This document shows, in pieces, positions 46,980-54,946 of a stretch of DNA of 64,000 nucleotides. The first letter of the stretch is position 1; each line of letters begins with the position of its first letter. The stretch comes from Bacteroidales bacterium (lineage in GTDB: Bacteria; Bacteroidota; Bacteroidia; Bacteroidales; UBA7960), in assembly GCA_003557385.1 (NCBI GenBank), contig PWON01000204.1, positions 6,853 to 70,852 on the forward strand. The letters run 5' to 3'. The notes under the pieces were generated by a model. It was given only the letters and a program-made list of their open reading frames with translations, searched no databases and was not told where the DNA came from. Both the position numbers and the translations under genes were made by a program.

Positions 46980-48929
46980 CTATTTAATGATTACCGCATT
47001 GAATTTGCAAACGTCAAAACAAGTTCCGCAACCGATGCATTTATCCTGCACTATAAAATGCGGGTACCGGGGCGTTCCGATGATGGCGTCGACCGGACAT
47101 TTCTTAAAACAGACCGCGCAGCCCGTGCAAGCATCCACGTTAATTTCATAAACCCTCAGGTCGGTACATACGCCTGCCTCACATTTCCTGTCAAAGATAT
47201 GGGCATCAAATTCGTGCTTAAAATGCTTCAGTGTATTGAGGACAGGATTGGGTGCCGACTTGCCCAGCGAGCATAAGGATGTGTCACTGATCACAGAGGC
47301 CAGGCTTTTCAGTTGCATGACCCCTTTAAAACGTTCCAGCGTTTGAAATGAATTGGTATCGGAAGGCTTGCGGGTAACTTGCTCCATGACTTCCAGCATC
47401 CGTGCTGTCCCCTCCCTGCAGGGAATGCATTTGCCACAACTTTCTTTTTTAAAGAAGGCTGTGAAATAGCGGGCCAGATCCACCATGCAGGTCGCCTGGT
47501 CGAGCACTACAAAAGCACCGCTGCCAAGGGCAGCACCGATGCTTTCCAGGGACTCATAATCCACCCTTGCGTCGAGGTTTTCGGCTGTAATATAGCTGCC
47601 ACTGTTGATGCCCAGAACGATGGCCTTGAATGGCAGTTTGCCCGCCAGGCCGCCACCTGCCCCTTCGATGATTTCCCTGAAAGTGGTCCCCATCAGTACC
47701 TCAACCGTCCCATAATTCTTCAGCCGGCCGGAAAGGGTATATAACTTTGTCCCCTTGCTGCTTTCGGTACCCAGTGAGCGAAACCATTCGGGACCGTTTT
47801 TAACGATCAGGGGAACATTAAACAATGTTTCTACATTGTTCACCACAGTGGGCTTATTCCACAGACCTCTTTCTGCCGGATAGGGCGGTTTCGAGGCAGG
47901 CATGGCCCGTTTGCCCTCAATGCTGTTGTTCAGTGCAGTTTCTTCACCGCAAACAAACGCACGGGCACCTTCTCTGATTACCACATCGATATTCACCCCT
48001 GAATCAAATATATGATGCCCGGTCAAGCCGTATGCACCAGCCTGCCCAATGGTTGCCTGCAAGCGTTTGATGGCCAGACGGAATTCTTTGCGGATAAATA
48101 TATAAGCCTTGTTAGCACCGGTGGCGTATGCTGCGATCAGCACAGCCTCTATCAAACGGTGGGGGTTGCTTTCTATAATGGCACGGTTCATATAACTGCC
48201 CGGATCACTCTCCACGGCATTACACACAAAAAACTTCTGATCACTCACTGTGTTCAGTGCTGCACTCCACTTTTTCCCCGCCGGGAATCCCCCGCCACCC
48301 CGGCCGGCCAAACCACTTTCTTCTATCATCCTGCATACTTCGGCAGGTGTGTGGCGTGCAATGGTGTCGATAAATGCCTGGTAACCGCCCTTCGCGATAT
48401 ATTGTGCAGCTGATACGGGGTCTATGATCCCACAATGTTCCAGCAACATCCTGTGCTGGCCGGAAAAAAATGGATGCGATTCAATGCCAGGCACATCCTC
48501 CCAGGGCTGCAAGATGGTGTCAGTGTACTGACCCAATACAGGCAGGTCGGGCAAATTATCATTCAGAATATCATCCAGCAGCGACTGTACTTTTTCGGCT
48601 GTGACACGCGAAAAAGACAACCTGGCCTTGCCGGGCAGCTGTACATCCACCAGGGGTTCTTCCATGCAAAACCCCACACACCCACCTTCCACCAGGTCGG
48701 CATCAATGTCGTGTTCCTGCAAATATTCCCGGATGGCCTCAAATGTTTTATCCGCACCGGCAATGCGGCCACAGGTAGCCATACCCACATAAATCATAGG
48801 CTTATGAACCCGCTCACCGGCGATGTAAGACAATGATTTTTTTATATCAGTGCGGTCATCCCTCCGGGGGTCTGACAATACCTGTTTGGTAAGGAATTGC
48901 CGGATGTCTTTATCTGGTTCGGGACTCAT
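46980..48929 (-). CDS. hydB: NuoF-like flavoprotein subunit HydB of the multimeric hydrogenase
   Basis: FMN/NADH motifs (GRGGGGFPAGKKW), N3-type cluster ESCGKCIPCREG, and a C-terminal 2x[4Fe-4S] (CTGCAVCFKKCP, CIGCGTCFDVC). Confidence 0.9.
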   Translation of the reverse strand: MSPEPDKDIRQFLTKQVLSDPRRDDRTDIKKSLSYIAGERVHKPMIYVGMATCGRIAGADKTFEAIREYLQEHDIDADLVEGGCVGFCMEEPLVDVQLPGKARLSFSRVTAEKVQSLLDDILNDNLPDLPVLGQYTDTILQPWEDVPGIESHPFFSGQHRMLLEHCGIIDPVSAAQYIAKGGYQAFIDTIARHTPAEVCRMIEESGLAGRGGGGFPAGKKWSAALNTVSDQKFFVCNAVESDPGSYMNRAIIESNPHRLIEAVLIAAYATGANKAYIFIRKEFRLAIKRLQATIGQAGAYGLTGHHIFDSGVNIDVVIREGARAFVCGEETALNNSIEGKRAMPASKPPYPAERGLWNKPTVVNNVETLFNVPLIVKNGPEWFRSLGTESSKGTKLYTLSGRLKNYGTVEVLMGTTFREIIEGAGGGLAGKLPFKAIVLGINSGSYITAENLDARVDYESLESIGAALGSGAFVVLDQATCMVDLARYFTAFFKKESCGKCIPCREGTARMLEVMEQVTRKPSDTNSFQTLERFKGVMQLKSLASVISDTSLCSLGKSAPNPVLNTLKHFKHEFDAHIFDRKCEAGVCTDLRVYEINVDACTGCAVCFKKCPVDAIIGTPRYPHFIVQDKCIGCGTCFDVCKFNAVIIK

Positions 48930-49393
48930 AGGGCAGCACTTTCTTTTTCCCTGAACGAGTGTACAAGGTCTTTCAAGATGTCCAGGGTAATATTTGTATA
49001 AAACGTCTCATTGACCTCAATCAGGGGGGCAAGCCCGCAGGCACCGATACAACTGACCACCTCAAGGCTGAACAGGCCGTTTTTATCGGTTTCGCCATGG
49101 CTAATCTGCAGCAATTTTTCCAGTTCCTTCAAAATTGTTGCCGATCCTGCTACATGACAGGCCGTTCCGTGACAAAGGCGGAAATGGTATTTTCCCAGCG
49201 GCCCGAAGCGAAAATTGTCGTAAAAAGTGGCCACGCCAAAAATCTTGTTTATGCTGATATCCAGATAGTCTCCTACAATATGGATGATCTCCTCCGACAA
49301 AAAACCGTATTCATCCTGAATGGACTGCAGCAGGGAGATCAGGTCTTCACGACGGCGATTGGGGAATTTATTCAGTATGTGCCCTAGCTCCAT
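48926..49393 (-). CDS. hydC: NuoE-like [2Fe-2S] subunit HydC
   Basis: CHGTACHV...VSCIGACGLAP thioredoxin-like 2Fe-2S motif. 4-nt overlap with hydB. Confidence 0.9.
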   Translation of the reverse strand: MELGHILNKFPNRRREDLISLLQSIQDEYGFLSEEIIHIVGDYLDISINKIFGVATFYDNFRFGPLGKYHFRLCHGTACHVAGSATILKELEKLLQISHGETDKNGLFSLEVVSCIGACGLAPLIEVNETFYTNITLDILKDLVHSFREKESAAL

Positions 49394-49410
49394 GGTTGGA
49401 TTATTGAGTG

Positions 49411-49428
49411 TTGATATTCAATTCACAA
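49411..49428. promoter_or_regulatory. Candidate Rex operator upstream of hydC
   Basis: TTGATATTCAATTCACAA compared with the Rex consensus TTGTGAAnnnnTTCACAA. The right half-site is perfect and the left has 3 mismatches. It lies 18-35 nt upstream of the hydC ATG. Confidence 0.4.
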
Positions 49429-49500
49429 TATAAGAGAAATTTTTTAATACTCAATAACAAGATTATAGTCAATCATTTAAGTTATTAGTAATCAATGGAA

Positions 49501-49508
49501 CAAAGATA
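49501..49508 (-). promoter_or_regulatory. Candidate -7 promoter box (TAnnTTTG) for the hydCBA-led gene string
   Basis: The minus strand reads TATCTTTG about 108 nt upstream of the hydC ATG. The Rex-like site sits between this box and the start codon. Confidence 0.3.
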
Positions 49509-49644
49509 GTTAAAAAAAGAGAGCTGCCTTGCATGTGTGTAAAAAGTGGTGGATTTCTCCATTAATGTTATTTAGATTAAGTCTTAAATAGCACAATAAA
49601 ATAAAGATGTGAAGGAATTAACTGGTATTCTTAAAAGCTTTCCT

Positions 49645-49652
49645 TATTTTTG
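49645..49652 (+). promoter_or_regulatory. Candidate -7 promoter box (TAnnTTTG) for the ferredoxin-hydS-phosphatase operon
   Basis: TATTTTTG lies 45 nt upstream of the ATG at 49697. Confidence 0.33.
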
Positions 49653-49696
49653 TTAACCCCCAGGGGATTCATTCATGAATCATCAATGAAGAAAGC

Positions 49697-49954
49697 ATGG
49701 GCAAGACACAAACCGGTGAAATAGTTATTTGCATGGGCAGCAGTTGCTTTTCCAGGGGAAACAAATACAGCCTTGAACTGATAAAAAAATACCTGAAGGA
49801 AAGGGGGCTGAAAGACACCTTCAGGTTCAAGGGGTCACATTGTTTTGGGGAATGCGAACACGGACCGGTTGTGATTATTGATGGCATCAGGTATACAGAG
49901 GTTCAGCCTGACAAGATCACCGAATTGATGGAGAATCATTTTGCCAACCATTGA
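49697..49954 (+). CDS. Thioredoxin-like [2Fe-2S] ferredoxin (NuoE/HfsA-like)
   Basis: 85 aa with four Cys (CMGSSC...CFGEC). Confidence 0.78.
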   Translation: MGKTQTGEIVICMGSSCFSRGNKYSLELIKKYLKERGLKDTFRFKGSHCFGECEHGPVVIIDGIRYTEVQPDKITELMENHFANH

Positions 49955-49980
49955 ACCGCCTAACCAATCCAAACCAGGGC

Positions 49981-51837
49981 ATGAAAATCATCAAAATAGA
50001 CCATGACCGCTGCACCAGGTCCTATGCCTGCATCAGGGCCTGTCCGGTAAAAGCCATCACCACCAATGGCAGGAACGGCATGCCGGAAGTCAACCATGCA
50101 CGCTGCATTGGCTGTGGCAGTTGTTTAACGGTATGTGCCGCCAGCGCCGTATCCCACTTCAGCGACCTGGAACATACGGCATCGCTCCTTGAATCAAAAC
50201 ATAAGGTGGCGGCCATTGTAGACCCCACCATCAGCGGGGAGTTCCCCGACATTACCGACTACCGGAAGTTCGTCGAAATGATTCGTACACTCGGTTTTGA
50301 TTATGTTAATGAAGTATCGTTCGGGGTGGATCTTGTGGCGAAAAAATACCATGACCTGCTGTCCGATTTTAAGGGCAAATATTACCTGATGTCCGGTTGC
50401 CCGAGCATGGTATCGTATGTGGAAAAATTTTTTCCGGAACTAACCGAAAACCTCTCCCCCATTGTCACCCCGATGACAGCCAGTGCCAAAGTGGTCCGCA
50501 AGGCATTCGGGAAAGAACTGAAAGTGGTTTTCATAGGCCCCTGCCTTTCTGCAAAGCACGAAGCCAAACTGCACAGGGGCACCGGAAAAGTGGATGCGGT
50601 ATTGACCTTTAAAGAGTTGCGCACTTTATTTACCCGTTTCAAGATCAAAGAAGCCAAGGTGGAGTACTCCGATTTTGACAAGCCCATCGGCTATCTCGGC
50701 TCCCTGTTCCCTATCAGCAAGGGCATTGTGTATGCAGCCAGACTGGATGATTCGTTGTTTGACGGGAAGGTGATCACAGTAGAAGGGAAAAACAATATGC
50801 TCGACCTGGTGGATGAATTTAATGAGCAGGCCGAATTCCTGAAAAAACACTTCAATGTGTTCTACCATGGCGGGTGTATCGTAGGGCCGGGTACCACCGA
50901 TACCTCCAATAAGTTCCTGCGACGGACCATGGTGGTAGATTATGTACACAAGCGCCTGAAAGATTTTGACAAGAACCAATGGGAACATGACATGGATGAA
51001 TACCTCGGGCTTGATCTGTCGCGCACTTTCAACAAGGATGACCAGCGTCTGCCCCAGCCTGGCAATGAGCAGATAGAAGAGATTTTAAAGAGCCTGGGCA
51101 AGACCACCGAACTCAATGCCGCCTGTACGGCCTGTGGGTTCAGGAGCTGCCGCGATTTTGCCGCTTCCATTTCCCAGGGGCTATCAAGGCCCGAAATGTG
51201 TCTGAACTACTCCATAAAAAATAAGCAGGATTATATCAGGACACTAAAAAACAACAACGAAAAACTGAAAAAGCAGCAAGAGGGATTGCTTGACAAGGAA
51301 CAATCGCTTCTGGAAGAAAACCAGAAACTAAAACTGCAATCCGACACCATATCCGCCTTGCTAAAAAACCTGCCCTCCGCGGCAGTGATTGTTGACGACA
51401 AACTGAAAGTGATAGAATCCAACGACAGTTTTATCAAAGTGCTGGGCGAAGACGCCGCAATGATCAACGAAGTGATCCCAGGCCTGGTTGGTGCCGATTT
51501 AAAAACCCTGCTACCCTATAACCTCTATAATTTGTTTACCTACGTGCTGGAAAATGACAAGAACATTGTGGGCAAGGATGTGGAACATGACGACCGCCTG
51601 CTCAATGTCAGCATTTATTCGCTGAAACCAAACAAAATCGTTGGCGGGGTGTTCCGCGACATGTATGTGGCAGAGGTGCGCCAGGAGGAGATCATCAACA
51701 GGGTGAATGAGGTCATTGATGAAAACCTGAAAATGGTCCAGCAGATCGCCTTTTCCCTGGGCGAAGGGGCAAGTACGACAGAGAAAATGCTGAATTCCAT
51801 TATTGAGACTTATCGGATGAAGAAGAAGAAGGAATAG
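49981..51837 (+). CDS. hydS: HydS-like sensory [FeFe]-hydrogenase paralog with Cx2Cx4Cx16C motif, coiled coil and C-terminal PAS domain
   Basis: Ferredoxin motifs (CTRSYACIRACP, CIGCGSCLTVC). H-domain motifs SGCPSMV, GPCLSAKHE, YHGGCIVGPG. Then CTACGFRSC(x16)C and a PAS-like C-terminus. Confidence 0.85.
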   Translation: MKIIKIDHDRCTRSYACIRACPVKAITTNGRNGMPEVNHARCIGCGSCLTVCAASAVSHFSDLEHTASLLESKHKVAAIVDPTISGEFPDITDYRKFVEMIRTLGFDYVNEVSFGVDLVAKKYHDLLSDFKGKYYLMSGCPSMVSYVEKFFPELTENLSPIVTPMTASAKVVRKAFGKELKVVFIGPCLSAKHEAKLHRGTGKVDAVLTFKELRTLFTRFKIKEAKVEYSDFDKPIGYLGSLFPISKGIVYAARLDDSLFDGKVITVEGKNNMLDLVDEFNEQAEFLKKHFNVFYHGGCIVGPGTTDTSNKFLRRTMVVDYVHKRLKDFDKNQWEHDMDEYLGLDLSRTFNKDDQRLPQPGNEQIEEILKSLGKTTELNAACTACGFRSCRDFAASISQGLSRPEMCLNYSIKNKQDYIRTLKNNNEKLKKQQEGLLDKEQSLLEENQKLKLQSDTISALLKNLPSAAVIVDDKLKVIESNDSFIKVLGEDAAMINEVIPGLVGADLKTLLPYNLYNLFTYVLENDKNIVGKDVEHDDRLLNVSIYSLKPNKIVGGVFRDMYVAEVRQEEIINRVNEVIDENLKMVQQIAFSLGEGASTTEKMLNSIIETYRMKKKKE

Positions 51838-51851
51838 CAAGTAAGAGGTGA

Positions 51852-51878
51852 TTAGTAGTTAGTAATTAGTATTTAGTA
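51852..51878 (+). repeat. Heptameric micro-repeat (TTAGTAN) x4
   Basis: ttagtag ttagtaa ttagtat ttagtat, in the 101-nt spacer between hydS and the phosphatase gene. Confidence 0.8.
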
Positions 51879-51938
51879 TGAATTTATTACTTGTTGGGCG
51901 TTGGTTACACAGGTGTAAGTTTTTGGTTGAAAAATGGT

Positions 51939-53123
51939 ATGGGTGAGGGTGTTTATATAGAAGTTGGGTCGGCTTTGCGTAATCATGCCGGAGAGCGCAT
52001 TTGCGGCGACATCTTTCTCTCTGAAAGAGTCCGTGAGGAAGGTCGGACCGTGGTGGTGCTGTCAGACGGCATGGGGCACGGGGTCAAAGCCAATCTGCTG
52101 GCTACCCTGACAGCCACCATGGCATTGAACTTTACCAAAGAACACAAGGATGCACACAAGATCGCAGAGATCATCATGAATACCCTGCCCGTTTGCAGCG
52201 AACGCAAGATCAGTTATGCCACCTTTACCATTGTGGATATCGAACAGGAAGGGCAGTGCACGATACTGAACTATGACAATCCCGATGCCATCGTCATGCG
52301 CGGCAAAGAGCCCTATCAGCCCGATTGGCAACATATCACCATAGAAGCGGGTGAATATTCCCGGAAAAAGATCAAAGCCTGCAGTTTCCAGGCCCTTAAG
52401 GAAGACCGTGTGTTGCTGATGACCGACGGCATCACCCAATCGGGTCTTGGTCGTGATCAGTTCTTGCTGGGTTGGGGCGCCGAAGCTGTGGAAAAACACT
52501 TTTTTAACCTGGTAAATGAACAGCCCGACATTTCCGCCTCCAGGCTGGCCTCCCTGGTGGTGAACAAGGCCCATACCAACGACGGGTATCAGGCAAAAGA
52601 CGACACCAGTGCTGCTGTGATCTACTTTAGAGAACCCCGGCGGCTGCTTATCTGTTCGGGTCCGCCGTATGAAAAGAAAAAAGACAAGGAACTGGCACAG
52701 GTGGTGAAAAAATTTAAGGGGAAAAAAATCTTATCGGGTGGCACCACGGCAGAGATTGTTTCAAGGGAACTGGATATCGCCATTGAAGACACCCTGGAGT
52801 TTGACGACCCTGATTTGCCACCCATTTCTTACATGAAAGGGATTGACCTGGTTACGGAAGGCATCCTGACCCTGAGTAAAACAGCAGAGATCCTGGATAA
52901 ATACAGCACCCGTACCGAATTGGAAAAAGGGCCGGCAGACCTTATTGTAAGGCAATTGCTGGAAAGTGATGAGATCCACTTGCTGGCAGGAACAGCCATC
53001 AATGTTGCCCACCAGGATCCAAACCTGCCGGTAGAACTTGAGATTCGCCGGTCGGTGATGAAAAAGATTGCACGTATCCTGGAGGATAAGTTTTTGAAAG
53101 AAGTGAGTTTACGGTATATATGA
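51939..53123 (+). CDS. SpoIIE/PP2C-family serine phosphatase with an uncharacterised C-terminal domain of about 170 aa
   Basis: ICGDIF...VLSDGMGHGVKA and MTDGITQSG motifs typical of SpoIIE-type PP2C. Confidence 0.8.
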   Translation: MGEGVYIEVGSALRNHAGERICGDIFLSERVREEGRTVVVLSDGMGHGVKANLLATLTATMALNFTKEHKDAHKIAEIIMNTLPVCSERKISYATFTIVDIEQEGQCTILNYDNPDAIVMRGKEPYQPDWQHITIEAGEYSRKKIKACSFQALKEDRVLLMTDGITQSGLGRDQFLLGWGAEAVEKHFFNLVNEQPDISASRLASLVVNKAHTNDGYQAKDDTSAAVIYFREPRRLLICSGPPYEKKKDKELAQVVKKFKGKKILSGGTTAEIVSRELDIAIEDTLEFDDPDLPPISYMKGIDLVTEGILTLSKTAEILDKYSTRTELEKGPADLIVRQLLESDEIHLLAGTAINVAHQDPNLPVELEIRRSVMKKIARILEDKFLKEVSLRYI

Positions 53124-53132
53124 TCCGCCGGC

Positions 53133-54179
53133 ATGATTAACGAAGAATTATATATGAAACGCTGCATCGAACTGGCCAGGCTTGGCCTGGGCCGGACCGC
53201 TCCCAATCCGATGGTGGGTGCACTGGTGTTGCACAACGACCGGATCATCGGCGAGGGTTATCACAGGCGCTGCGGTGATCACCATGCAGAGGTGCGGGCC
53301 ATTATGTCTGTAGCAGATGAACGTTTGCTCAGCAAGTCCACACTGTTCGTGAGCCTGGAACCTTGCTGCCACCATGGAAAGACTCCGCCATGCACCGATC
53401 TGATCATCGAAAAAAGTATCCCGTCGATTGTGATCGGCACCACCGACCCCTACGCTGAAGTAGCCGGGAAAGGCATTGCACGGCTACGGGGCCACGGATG
53501 CCATGTAAAGGTTGGTGTCATGAAGGATGCATGCCGGCAGCTCAACAAACGCTTTTTTACCTTTCATGAAAAAAAACGGCCTTATATCATTCTAAAATGG
53601 GCGCAGACCGCCGACGGATTCATTGATGCGGAAAGGGGGCCGGGTGCCATCCAGCAACCCACCTGGATCACCAGCGAAAAACTTCGCATCCTGGTGCATA
53701 AATGGCGCAGCGAAGAACAGGCCATCATGGTGGGTACCCGGACGGCATTAAAAGACAACCCGCAACTGAATGTCCGCGACTGGAACGGCCCCTCTCCCAC
53801 CCGCATTGTTTTGGACAGGGAGTTAAAACTCCCGGCCAACCTGCATTTGCTAAACAACAGCCAGTCTACCATTGTAATAAACGAAATCATTGAAAAAACC
53901 AGTGGCAAAACCCGCTATATGAAGCTTCCTTTCAATGACATGCTGTTGCACACACTTACCGCAAAACTCTACGACCAAGGCCTGCAGTCGCTGTTTGTGG
54001 AGGGCGGCCGGCAGCTGTTGCAGGGATTTATCGACCAGGATCTCTGGGACGAAGCCAGGGTGTTTACAGGCACAGGGTTTTTCGGCAAAGGCCTTGAAGC
54101 ACCGGATATTCCCCCCCAAAAGCCTGTATCACAAATAATGATTGGCCAGGAAGTGTTTTATTGTTTCAGGAACACTTAA
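53133..54179 (+). CDS. ribD: Bifunctional riboflavin biosynthesis deaminase/reductase RibD
   Basis: CMP/dCMP deaminase zinc motif (HAEV...PCCHHGKTPPC) and a RibD C-terminal reductase domain. Confidence 0.92.
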   Translation: MINEELYMKRCIELARLGLGRTAPNPMVGALVLHNDRIIGEGYHRRCGDHHAEVRAIMSVADERLLSKSTLFVSLEPCCHHGKTPPCTDLIIEKSIPSIVIGTTDPYAEVAGKGIARLRGHGCHVKVGVMKDACRQLNKRFFTFHEKKRPYIILKWAQTADGFIDAERGPGAIQQPTWITSEKLRILVHKWRSEEQAIMVGTRTALKDNPQLNVRDWNGPSPTRIVLDRELKLPANLHLLNNSQSTIVINEIIEKTSGKTRYMKLPFNDMLLHTLTAKLYDQGLQSLFVEGGRQLLQGFIDQDLWDEARVFTGTGFFGKGLEAPDIPPQKPVSQIMIGQEVFYCFRNT

Positions 54180-54220
54180 GGGCACCGGTAACCGGACAAC
54201 CTTTTCATCAGACCATTGGA

Positions 54221-54841
54221 ATGAAAGAAAACGAGCAGGATACGCTTAAAACCATCCAGGGACATTCACAAGGCCTTTACAAAGATAAAGGGAGCAGGTT
54301 TATTGCACTGGCCTGGCCTGTGAAAGATGAGGAAAAGATAAAAGAATTGCTGGCCGGGATCAAAAAAGAATACCACGATGCCCGACATCATTGTTTTGCA
54401 TGGGTTCTGGGGCAAGATAAGGCCCTGTACCGCACGAACGACGACGGCGAACCCTCCGGTACCGCCGGCCAGCCAATCTACGGACAAATCCTGTCTCACG
54501 ACCTGTGCAACATCCTGATTGTGGTGGTCCGGTATTTTGGTGGCACCAAACTGGGTGTCAGGGGCCTGATCAATGCTTACCGCCAGGCTGCCCGGCAAGC
54601 CATCGCAAACAACCGGATCATTACAAAAACCCTCCGAAAGTACTACAGGCTGCATTTTGATTATCCGGCCATGAATGACATCATGCGCGTAATGAAAACC
54701 TTTGATCTTCAGCAGGAAGGACAGGATTTCGGCCTTCGTTGCTCCCTTGATTTCAGTGTACGTAAAAGCTTGAGCCACAAGGTCATTGAACGTTTTAGGG
54801 GCATTCCGGACATCCAAATCAGGCTTCTGCACACCGATTAA
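54221..54841 (+). CDS. YigZ / IMPACT-family protein
   Basis: KGSRFIA...HHCFAW...DDGEPSGTAG is characteristic of UPF0029/IMPACT N-terminal domains. Confidence 0.8.
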   Translation: MKENEQDTLKTIQGHSQGLYKDKGSRFIALAWPVKDEEKIKELLAGIKKEYHDARHHCFAWVLGQDKALYRTNDDGEPSGTAGQPIYGQILSHDLCNILIVVVRYFGGTKLGVRGLINAYRQAARQAIANNRIITKTLRKYYRLHFDYPAMNDIMRVMKTFDLQQEGQDFGLRCSLDFSVRKSLSHKVIERFRGIPDIQIRLLHTD

Positions 54842-54946
54842 CTTGCCGGAAAATATATTTTTTGATTTTCTTCAGAAAAGGGTTGTTTTATTTCAGAATA
54901 AAGCTTAATATTGCCTTTCATTGTTTCCACAAAACGTACAATTACC

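Noticed and set aside
49394-49696. Possible oriC at the strand-switch point, where genes to the left are on the minus strand and genes to the right are on the plus strand.
   Set aside because: The region is only 303 bp with no DnaA-box cluster. The best partial match is GGTGGATTT, 6 of 9 positions. It is better explained as a divergent promoter/operator region.
53124-53132. Possible FMN riboswitch upstream of ribD (and of ribF).
   Set aside because: Only 9 nt separate ribD from the preceding gene, and ribF overlaps rex. There is no room for a riboswitch aptamer.
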